This document shows, one piece after another, positions 16,221 through 23,458 of a stretch of DNA of 24,000 nt; position 1 is the stretch's first letter, and every line of letters starts with the position of its first letter. The stretch comes from Phycisphaerae bacterium. GTDB taxonomy: Bacteria > Planctomycetota > Phycisphaerae > UBA1845 > Fen-1342. A program made the translations under genes and the position numbers. The stretch covers positions 90,846 through 114,845 of the forward strand of contig CAXXTC010000006.1 in NCBI GenBank assembly GCA_963666925.2, in the 5' to 3' direction. The notes under the pieces were generated by a model that made no database searches, was not told the origin of the DNA, and worked only from the letters and a program-made list of their open reading frames with translations.

Positions 16221-16287
16221 ACCTGATGATCATGATCCGCCGACGGCATTGTAACCGGTGGCAGCCCATGTCAAGCCTGGAAACCAA

Positions 16288-18603
16288 ATGAGTTCACAAC
16301 CGGCCCCTCAGGAACCAGCAACCCGCGGACTCGCCCGGAGCCTCTCACAGGCCACACTCATCCTGGCACTACTCCTCCTGGCCGCTACGTTTTTCCTCAT
16401 CAGCCCCCCGCCCGGACGAACCTACCCCAGCGCCATCCCCTGGGACAACTCCTCAATCCTACACCCGATCACCGAACTGATGTCGTTCAACGGCACCTTC
16501 GCCACCATCCGCGGCGTAGAGATTAAAGAGCTCGCCCTGCACCTCGCCGCCGGCATCGGTCTGCTCCTGTTCGCCCTGCGAATCGCAATGACACGCGTCT
16601 GGCGCATGCCCCGCGGCGAAGCCGGCGTGGTCTACGCTCAACTCCTGCTCGCCGCCTGGGTGCTCCTCGAACTGCTCAGCGTGTTCTGGTCCAGCGATCC
16701 CGATCTCACCCGCAGCCAAACGCTGATCTACGCCCTCGCGCTGGCCTGGGCCATCAGCCTCGCCGGCAACCTCCGCCACCGCTCCGCCACCCACCTGCTC
16801 GCCGGACTCATCACGATCACCACGCTCGGGGCAATCCTGAGCATCTGGTACTACTACGAGCGCAATCCGTTCCACCGCGCCAGCTTCCCCATCGGCAACC
16901 CCACCTCGCTCGCCGCCGTATTGCTGCCCGCGATCATCTGCACGCTCGGCTACCTCGCCCACACTCTGCTGGAGTGGCGCCGCGGAAAAAACACGCCCAA
17001 CTATGCGCTCCTCGTCGCCGCCATGTTCGCCCTCCTCCCGCTGATCTGGTGCTTCGTCCTGACCCGCGGCCGCGGTGCCACCCTCGCACTCGCCGTCGGC
17101 CTGGCAACCATGCTCATCTACACCGCCGGACGACGCACCCGCTGGCTCCTCGCCATCGGACTCGGCCTCGGCATCCTCCTCTCCGGCTTCGGCGTCTATT
17201 ACAGCTCCCGGCTCGACGTCACCATGGCCCGCGGAGCCGCCATGCGATTCCGCCTCTACGCCTGGCGTTACGCCACCCAGTTGTGGCAGTCCCGACCCTA
17301 TGGCGGACACGGCGCCGGCAGCTACCCACGCCTCGCCGGCCAGTATTCCGTCCGCGACCAGTCCCTCGACCCTGGCGCTTTTATGGGGCGTATCGTCGAA
17401 CACGCCCACAACGAACTGTTCGAAATCATCTCCGAAGTCGGAATCACCGGCGGGATTGCGTACGTCGGAGGGTTCGTGGCGACGTTCCTGGCCGCCGCCG
17501 CCCTGCTGCGCAGAAGCCCGCCGGGAACACAACGCTGGCTGGTCGTCGGACTGGTCGGCAGCTTGGCGGCACTGCTCGCCGACAGTCTGGTCGGCTCCGC
17601 TCAACGTCTGCCGGGGGCGCCGGCAATTTTGTTTACCCTGCTGGGAATGTTGTGGTGTGTCTGCAACCGGCCACCCGCGACCGACGAACCGGCCCCTGCC
17701 CCCATCGCCGGCCGACGACTACTACCGCTGGCTGCCGCCATCGTTTGCGCACTCGCCGGATTGACCGCCACCGCCGTCGCCATCCGCGGCTACCGCGGCA
17801 ACTTGTACGAACTGCGCGCTCAAACGGACATCCAACAAGGCGCGCTCACCGCTGCACTCAACGACAGCCGCGCCGCCGAGGAACTCTCGCTCGACCCCGT
17901 AAGCAAACTGGCGATGCGGCACACGGCCCTGGAAGTTCGGCTGGCACTCGCGCGACAAGCGTTCAGCAATTTCATCGAGGTGACGGCCGCCATCACCACG
18001 GCGCCGGCCAGTCCGGATCAGGACCCGCGACCGGCCGCCTGGAAGAATGCCGTCCGCCAGGCGCAGCAAACCTACGAAGCCGCCCTGGAGTTGCTTCGGC
18101 TCGTACCGGCGCTGGAGCGGACCGACGTGATGGCAGCCCGGGTGGCCGAGCTGCTGGCCGAGCTGCATCATCGCGCCGGGCGCGACGATGCGGCCCGGCA
18201 ATGGTCGCTGGTCGCCGAAAAAGCCTGGCGCCGCCAGCAACAGCGCACGCCGTTTGATGTTGAAACGCTGCTGGCGCTGACCAGCGCGCAGTATCACCCG
18301 TCGCTGGAAGCGCACGTGGCGCTGCTGCGCGATGCGCCTGCGTTTTCGCGACGAGGCGGACTTCGCGGACGCCCCGCAGTACTGGCAAGACTCGCTGCGC
18401 CGCGCCGCCGACCGGCCAAAATTCACCGAAGCGCTCGAACAGCTTCTCAACGAGGTTGGGCCGATGTCGCCGCAAACCGATGTGGACGCGCTGGTGGCGT
18501 CGCGCGCGCCGGAGATGCATCGTCTGGTGGCCGCGTGGCTGGCGCTGCGCGGGGAATATGCCGACGCGGCGCATCAGGCGGAACTGGCCGCGGCGCTGTA
18601 TGA
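16288..18603 (+). CDS. O-antigen ligase/polymerase-like (Wzy_C-type) polytopic membrane protein with a C-terminal helical repeat domain; the last ~90 codons of this frame look out of frame
   Basis: About 10 or more TM helices and the Wzy_C-type loop motif GRIVEHAHNELFEIISEVGITGG. The track start is GTG 16258; I prefer ATG 16288. After ...HVALLRDA (about 18,330) the frame becomes Arg/Gly/Ala-rich junk (PAFSRRGGLRGRPAVLARLAAPRRRPAK...). Confidence 0.75.
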   Translation: MSSQPAPQEPATRGLARSLSQATLILALLLLAATFFLISPPPGRTYPSAIPWDNSSILHPITELMSFNGTFATIRGVEIKELALHLAAGIGLLLFALRIAMTRVWRMPRGEAGVVYAQLLLAAWVLLELLSVFWSSDPDLTRSQTLIYALALAWAISLAGNLRHRSATHLLAGLITITTLGAILSIWYYYERNPFHRASFPIGNPTSLAAVLLPAIICTLGYLAHTLLEWRRGKNTPNYALLVAAMFALLPLIWCFVLTRGRGATLALAVGLATMLIYTAGRRTRWLLAIGLGLGILLSGFGVYYSSRLDVTMARGAAMRFRLYAWRYATQLWQSRPYGGHGAGSYPRLAGQYSVRDQSLDPGAFMGRIVEHAHNELFEIISEVGITGGIAYVGGFVATFLAAAALLRRSPPGTQRWLVVGLVGSLAALLADSLVGSAQRLPGAPAILFTLLGMLWCVCNRPPATDEPAPAPIAGRRLLPLAAAIVCALAGLTATAVAIRGYRGNLYELRAQTDIQQGALTAALNDSRAAEELSLDPVSKLAMRHTALEVRLALARQAFSNFIEVTAAITTAPASPDQDPRPAAWKNAVRQAQQTYEAALELLRLVPALERTDVMAARVAELLAELHHRAGRDDAARQWSLVAEKAWRRQQQRTPFDVETLLALTSAQYHPSLEAHVALLRDAPAFSRRGGLRGRPAVLARLAAPRRRPAKIHRSARTASQRGWADVAANRCGRAGGVARAGDASSGGRVAGAARGICRRGASGGTGRGAV

Positions 18604-19033
18604 GCCGCTGCGTCCACGGTTTCCGCGGTTGTACCCGGTGGCGCTGGCGGAGCAGGCCGAGTATCTGCTTCAGGCCGACGTAAACAACGCGGCCGAATGC
18701 GTGGAGCTGTTGCGTGTTGCGATTGCGGCGTTGCCGACCATCCAGGCCGAAAAGTATGAGCATATGCTGCGGCCATATCGTTTTCGGCTGGCTTTGGCGT
18801 TGATTGCTGCCGGTCGGTCGGCGGAGGTCGTACCGTTGGTGCGAGCCGGGCTGGGCGAGCTGGCGGCGCGCGACGAGATGGTCGCGCGGACGCTGTCGTT
18901 TTTGCTGAGTGACGCACGGTCGCGGGGCGTGTTGCCGGAGCGCCTGGCGCAGGTGCGCAGCACGCTGTGCGGCGAGTTGCCCGAGCTGTGTGAGCAAGCG
19001 AGCGAGCCAGCACCAACTACACAATCGCAATAG
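18332..19033 (+). CDS. Helical (TPR-like) protein segment, most likely the displaced C-terminus of the preceding gene rather than an independent gene
   Basis: The sequence is protein-like: LRFRDEADFADAPQYWQDSLRRAADRPKFTEALEQLLNEV...AEQAEYLLQADVNNAAECVELLRVAIAALP.... There is no SD before the ATG. This frame opens only at 18281, and ATG 18332 is its only start codon. It overlaps the nominal upstream ORF by 272 nt. Confidence 0.6.
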   Translation: MRLRFRDEADFADAPQYWQDSLRRAADRPKFTEALEQLLNEVGPMSPQTDVDALVASRAPEMHRLVAAWLALRGEYADAAHQAELAAALYEPLRPRFPRLYPVALAEQAEYLLQADVNNAAECVELLRVAIAALPTIQAEKYEHMLRPYRFRLALALIAAGRSAEVVPLVRAGLGELAARDEMVARTLSFLLSDARSRGVLPERLAQVRSTLCGELPELCEQASEPAPTTQSQ

Positions 19034-19035
19034 CA

Positions 19036-19332
19036 TCAGTCCACCAACTCGTAGCTGACCCAGACGGTGACAGCGCCGGTGCCGGTGTTTTCGAGCACGA
19101 GGTCGGCATCGCGTACGGTCTGTGGCTGGTCGTCGGCGGCTTCGAAGCGGAGGTCGATGGGGCCGGTGGAGTTCTGGAGGTCGGCCAGGATGGCGGTGGT
19201 TCCGGAACGGACGCGGATGGCCGCGCTGCTGCTGCGGGAGATGATGATGCGGCGCAGGCGGATGATCTTCTCGCGAGGGTTGGCAGCTGCGACGACGGTA
19301 CTACTGGCGTTTACAGTGTCGAGGAAAGTCAT
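19036..19332 (-). CDS. Small (98 aa) beta-rich hypothetical protein
   Basis: I prefer Met26 (ATG 19332), which is preceded by GAGAGAGGG. Codon third positions are strongly biased (C-ending), which supports coding. I recognise no motif. Its stop lies 2 nt from the convergent stop at 19033. Confidence 0.6.
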   Translation of the reverse strand: MTFLDTVNASSTVVAAANPREKIIRLRRIIISRSSSAAIRVRSGTTAILADLQNSTGPIDLRFEAADDQPQTVRDADLVLENTGTGAVTVWVSYELVD

Positions 19333-19478
19333 GAGGGCGGCCCTCTCTCTGGGCTCGGTGCGGGGACGGATCACGAGGTCCGGGCCACACGCGGCCAAAA
19401 CTGGCACTTCTCTGTCAAGAAGTATGCACCCAAAAACAGCTCGCGTCGGCCCGAACTCGCTGGCTGGCGAAATCTGTT

Positions 19479-19498
19479 GGATTCTGGCGGATTCTGGC
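19479..19498. repeat. Tandem direct 10-mer GGATTCTGGC x2 in a divergent promoter region
   Basis: Read directly: ...tctgtt GGATTCTGGC GGATTCTGGC gattttt.... A related ctggcga is at 19464-19470. It lies between the divergently oriented genes 19036..19332 (-) and 19603..20451 (+). Confidence 0.6.
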
Positions 19499-19602
19499 GA
19501 TTTTTGTACACCTATGGCGCGGGTCGAACTTGCCTGCGCGGGGGCTGGAAGTGATGATGGGACATCAATTGCAGGCAGCGACGCAGCGGGCCGGAGGATC
19601 TG

Positions 19603-20451
19603 ATGAACGAATCAGGGGCACCAACAACGCTGACGAGCGAGACGCCACTCGAGGAGGGGTTGCATTGTCCGGATTGCGATTATGACCTGCGGGGCCTGAC
19701 GGGTGCGCGTTGTCCGGAGTGCGGTTTTGACCTGGCGCCGCTGCGTGCGTGTGAGCCGTTGATTCCGTGGTCGCAGCGCGGATCGCGGGGGTGGTTCGTG
19801 GCGTACTGGCAGACGGTATGGATGGCGTTGCACAGGCCGCGGCAGTTATGCCTGGAGATAGCCCGGCCGGTGAGCGGGCGGGACGCAGTGCTGTTTCTGC
19901 GAATCACGCAGGTTCTGGCGGCGTTGGGGTTGCTGGGGTCAATCGTGCTGGGGATGTGGCTGCTGGGGCCGAACGGGGAGGGGTTTGAGGAGCCGGGGCT
20001 GTGGGTCGGCGGCGGGCTGGCGTTATGGGTGTTGCTGGTGCTGCTGGTGATGCCGCGGTTGATGAAAGCCCGGGTGCGAACGCGACACCTGACGGTGACG
20101 ATGCACGAGCGGAGCCGATCGCTGCTGGATTATTCCTTCGCGCCGCTGGCGTTGTTACCGGCGCTGCCGGCGATTCAGTGGGCTGGCGCCTCGGCCGAGA
20201 CTCAGGCGGGGATACCGACGATTCTCACGCATGGGCTGGTGGTGCCGGCGATATTGCTGTTGATAACGATCTGGGTGGCGCGGCAGCACGGGCGGATGGC
20301 AGAGCGGCTACCGGTGGAGAAGCCGGCGTTGTTTTCGTGGGCGACGCTGGGTGACACGCTTCTGTACCTGGTGGTTGTCTTCGGGCTGGCGCTGGTGCCG
20401 CTGTCGGTGTTCTACGTTGTGCTGATCGTGGTGAGCTTTAAGGGGTTGTGA
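19603..20451 (+). CDS. Zinc-ribbon (CPxC...CPxC) N-terminal domain membrane protein, function unknown
   Basis: GGAGG lies 5 nt before the ATG. The N-terminus is LHCPDCDYDLRGLTGARCPECGFDL followed by IPWSQRGSRGWFVAYWQTVW, then about 5 TM helices. Codon bias is strong and G-ending. Confidence 0.75.
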   Translation: MNESGAPTTLTSETPLEEGLHCPDCDYDLRGLTGARCPECGFDLAPLRACEPLIPWSQRGSRGWFVAYWQTVWMALHRPRQLCLEIARPVSGRDAVLFLRITQVLAALGLLGSIVLGMWLLGPNGEGFEEPGLWVGGGLALWVLLVLLVMPRLMKARVRTRHLTVTMHERSRSLLDYSFAPLALLPALPAIQWAGASAETQAGIPTILTHGLVVPAILLLITIWVARQHGRMAERLPVEKPALFSWATLGDTLLYLVVVFGLALVPLSVFYVVLIVVSFKGL

Positions 20452-20733
20452 GGGGGGAGAGGGAATGGCGGAAGGATGAAGGCGGAGGGATGAATGGGCA
20501 CGGGGTGTTCTCGGCGATTGTGTGCGGTTACTGGTGATTTATGCGGCTCCTGGTAACCTGCGGGCCCGGTTGCGTTCAGGCACCGCGTTGGGGGTCATTA
20601 TCGGAGGGCTCCTCAGCAGAATTCGTGGGTACTTCCGGGGTACTAGAGCGCTTCCAACGAACTCGTAGCGTCTTAACTCTAAGTGTCCTGGAGAATGCGG
20701 CAGGGAGGTCGCTACAAGTAAGTAGAGCTTGCT

Positions 20734-21009
20734 CTATCTCTGGCCGCGAGCGATTCCGTTGCCGATCTTCTGCGACTTCCAAGTGCCCCCGAGGTCGCTT
20801 CGTTTCGACAGCCGGTTTTGGGCAAGCCGTCCGGCCCCCCCGCCGCCCTGGGCCTGGTGCACGGCCAGCAGCCCGCCGATACCGCCGGCATTCTGGAGCG
20901 ATACGTCGCCGGACGCCGCTGCGCCACCCAAACCGGCGAGGTCGAGGCCCCAGATGTCCCCGGCGTTGCGGGGCTGGACATCGATCGAGCACGTTCGGGC
21001 AATGGCCAT
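20734..21009 (-). CDS. Questionable Gly/Ala-rich ORF (about 91 aa)
   Basis: MAIARTCSIDVQPRNAGDIWGLDLAGLGGAAASGDVSLQNAGGIGGLLAVHQAQGGGGAG.... Third-position GC is high, but the antisense plus-strand frame (20722-21021) is equally open and equally well biased. I see no SD and no recognisable domain. Confidence 0.2.
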   Translation of the reverse strand: MAIARTCSIDVQPRNAGDIWGLDLAGLGGAAASGDVSLQNAGGIGGLLAVHQAQGGGGAGRLAQNRLSKRSDLGGTWKSQKIGNGIARGQR

Positions 21010-21413
21010 CAAACGGCGTGATGCGGCGGCCCGCGTGGCGGGCCGAACGGGCCGGCAAAAAACGAGCGTTTGGCTGCTGGGCGCGTATGCGCGCTACGAG
21101 CGGCAGAGGTTTAAAATGCGCTGATTTCGTCGGCGTCAGGCCTCTCCTGGGCTGTTCGTGGCTGAGCGTCTCCCAAGCGCCCGACCAAACCAGGCAAATC
21201 AGCCCCCGAGCAATTCCCGCACTGGACACCATTAGTTTTTGACCGGTGGGTCATGCCGGCAACGAGTCCCAATGCCACGGCTATCGGGTAGGCTCCGCTT
21301 TCATCCGGAATGGTGCACGAAGTCCATGTGGCCTGAGTGTAGCCCGGAGCCAAGATACAATGTGCCCTGGGCCAATAGCCCGTGTACCGCTCATGGTCCT
21401 GAATGCCCGCGGT

Positions 21414-21776
21414 TCAATTGACCCAGGCGCTCCCCAGCGGCACCGCGATCTCCCGTTCAAGCCGCAGCCGATCGATTTGGGCCTTGCACCCCCGAATCCA
21501 CGACTTGATCAGGGTGGTGCGGGGGGAGAACCCGCGGAACTCTCGCAGGCGCTGGGCCAGCGTGTCCGGGATCGCTCGGTCCAGCTCGTCCGCGGTGGTT
21601 ATGTTGCATTTCCACAATGCTGCCAGACGCCGCTTGGCGTTCGGGTCTGCCGGCGACAGCCCGTTCAGATCTAGCAGCGATACCACCTGGCCGGCGGCAT
21701 TCTCATGAGCGCGCACGCGCAGTACGTACGGCTCGATTCCACGTGTGTTCAGGGGATTCCCCGTATACACTTCCAT
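21414..21776 (-). CDS. Hypothetical protein (120 aa from Met35 of the track ORF)
   Basis: MEVYTGNPLNTRGIEPYVLRVRAHENAAGQVVSLLDLNGLSPADPNAKRRLAALWKCNITTADELDRAIPDTLAQRLREFRGFSPRTTLIKSWIRGCKAQIDRLRLE.... G-ending codon bias agrees with the neighbouring minus-strand genes. The C-terminal helices are vaguely HTH-like, but I cannot assign a family. Confidence 0.55.
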   Translation of the reverse strand: MEVYTGNPLNTRGIEPYVLRVRAHENAAGQVVSLLDLNGLSPADPNAKRRLAALWKCNITTADELDRAIPDTLAQRLREFRGFSPRTTLIKSWIRGCKAQIDRLRLEREIAVPLGSAWVN

Positions 21777-22182
21777 GCGATTCACGGCCTCGCCTCCATG
21801 CGTAAGCCTGGGAACGGCATCCTGCCGTCCGTCGCCGGGCCCGCCCGGCCCGACATCCTGATGATTCAACAACAGCACGGCACGCCGACCTCCTGTCGGC
21901 CGGCCGCTGGGTCGGCCCCGCGGTCACCTGTCAGCATGGCCGGGAACCATTCGCTGAGGGCAGGGATGATACCCAAGCACGAGCTTGAAGCATCCTCCAT
22001 TGCAATGATCAGTATACCGCTGACATACGCGAACGACCAGTGAATCTACACCTCAGTTTGCGATACAAAACGAGTTGTTGATTGACAGGCAACGTTCGCT
22101 CACACAGCGCAAACGCCATCACTGCGCAATCCATGCGCAGCGCTGTCAACGGATTTCTTGGTAGAACCCCCTCTAATCGCAG

Positions 22183-22219
22183 CCGGGGTGCCCGCTGCGC
22201 GAAACAGTGGGCACCCCGG
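22183..22219. terminator. Perfect 11-bp stem hairpin (CCGGGGTGCCC-15 nt-GGGCACCCCGG) 37 nt downstream of the DUF1573 gene stop
   Basis: The inverted repeat was read directly. No clear U-tract follows on the minus-strand transcript, so it is not a textbook intrinsic terminator. Confidence 0.45.
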
Positions 22220-22255
22220 TTGCTGCGTTAGCCGGCGATAATCAGGAGCGGATCG

Positions 22256-23422
22256 CTATTCCTTCGCCTTCACCGTCTCGTTTGCATTGTCCTTAGGCTT
22301 ATCTTTCGAGTTTTCCTGCACCGGATGTCTTGCCTTGCCCTTTGTTCCGTTCTTCAGCTCGTCTGGCAGGTCCGGGCTACCGCCGAAGTTGTCCGGATCA
22401 AACTTGATGATCTTCACCGTCAGTTCCGAGAATTCCTTGTCGTCGGTGTGTATCACCACCTGGGCGCCTTCGTCCGGAACTTCGGCGTACGCCGGCAAAT
22501 TGACACGCACGGTGTGAAATGCCACCAATGCGTCCCCACGTGGGGGCGCCGGCGGTAGCACGGTGCATTCAACTCCCGGGCAGGTTGATTCGATCTTCTC
22601 GATCTTCAGCGGCTCGTCCGCCCGGTACTGGACACGCACCGTACGGGCGGCTTGCTTCGTTATCCGCGGCGTCACCGTCAGACGCGTCGGCCGCAGCACC
22701 ACACGAGGCTCCACCCGTGCCGACAGGCTGAAGGTCAGCACCGGCAGATCCTCCTGGCTCGTCTCCACGATCACCTTGTCACGCGTGAATCCTTGCGACA
22801 GCGGCGGAACCGTCGTCACGATCAGGTCATACTCAGAACCCGCCACCGTCGGCCTCAGCTCTGCCGCGAAATGTGACTCCTCCGAGCCGGACCGAATACG
22901 CAGATCCAGCGGCTCGGTGTACTGGTTCTTCAGGTGAATCGTTCGGCTGGCAACACTGTCCGGCGACAGGCCGTACATCGTCAGCCGATAACCCGGGTCA
23001 GCCGTGAAAATCGGCATGACCTCGCCCTTCACCTGGATCACGGCCCGCGGCTGATGTGGGTCGTTGGTCATCAGCGTGACCCGCTTGCGTGCCGTGCCAA
23101 CACGCAGCGTGTCGTACGTGATCGTGAACTTGCTCGACTCGCCCGGGCCCAACGGACTCTGCGGACGCGTCACCACCGTGCAGCCGCACGAACTCTTCAC
23201 GTCAATTGTCAGCGGGCTCTGCCCACCGTTCCGGACCGTGAATTCTCGCTTCGCGCCCGCACCCTGCCAAATCGTGCCAAAGTCGAACTGATCGGGCGAT
23301 AGCTCCAGAATCGGCGACCGTGCCTGTTCACCTTGTGGCGGCTGATCGTTGTCCGCTGGCGCCAGCGCCAGCACCTGGCCCGCTCCCGACAACAGCCCCA
23401 CAATCATCAGCAATCTGAGCAT
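22256..23422 (-). CDS. Secreted DUF1573 domain protein with a Lys-rich C-terminal tail
   Basis: The signal peptide is MLRLLMIVGLLSGAGQVLALA. The DUF1573 signature is FDFGTIWQGAGAKREFTVRNGGQSPLTIDVKSSCGCTV. AAGGAG lies 10 nt before the ATG. The tail is KNGTKGKARHPVQENSKDKPKDNANETVKAKE. Confidence 0.85.
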   Translation of the reverse strand: MLRLLMIVGLLSGAGQVLALAPADNDQPPQGEQARSPILELSPDQFDFGTIWQGAGAKREFTVRNGGQSPLTIDVKSSCGCTVVTRPQSPLGPGESSKFTITYDTLRVGTARKRVTLMTNDPHQPRAVIQVKGEVMPIFTADPGYRLTMYGLSPDSVASRTIHLKNQYTEPLDLRIRSGSEESHFAAELRPTVAGSEYDLIVTTVPPLSQGFTRDKVIVETSQEDLPVLTFSLSARVEPRVVLRPTRLTVTPRITKQAARTVRVQYRADEPLKIEKIESTCPGVECTVLPPAPPRGDALVAFHTVRVNLPAYAEVPDEGAQVVIHTDDKEFSELTVKIIKFDPDNFGGSPDLPDELKNGTKGKARHPVQENSKDKPKDNANETVKAKE

Positions 23423-23458
23423 CTTTACAAATCTCCTTGTCAGTTCGACACGGTCATA

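Noticed and set aside
19321-19330. GAGGAAAGTC, identical to the start of the RNase P RNA CR-I motif
   Set aside because: The match stops after 10 nt (the expected continuation is CCGGGC...). It overlaps the start codon region of a small CDS, and no other RNase P conserved regions are nearby.
21111-21353. An 80-aa minus-strand ORF (APGYTQATWTSCTIPDESGAYPIAVALGLVAGMTH...) as a real gene
   Set aside because: It starts at TTG. Its third-position GC is much weaker than in neighbouring genes. It has no SD and no recognisable motif. I kept it only as part of the gene-poor region finding.
18050-21414. Interpreting the G/C polarity switches as a replication origin or terminus
   Set aside because: Two opposite switches lie only about 2.5-3 kb apart. 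No dnaA or dnaN gene is present. I found no cluster of DnaA boxes or dif-like site. The one TTATCCACC (12335..12343) is isolated inside the ftsQ coding sequence.
21405-21425. ggttcaattg, resembling a tRNA T-loop (GGTTCRAnTCC)
   Set aside because: The flanking bases cannot form a T-stem, and no acceptor, D or anticodon arms can be built. It spans the stop codon of the 21414..21776 gene.
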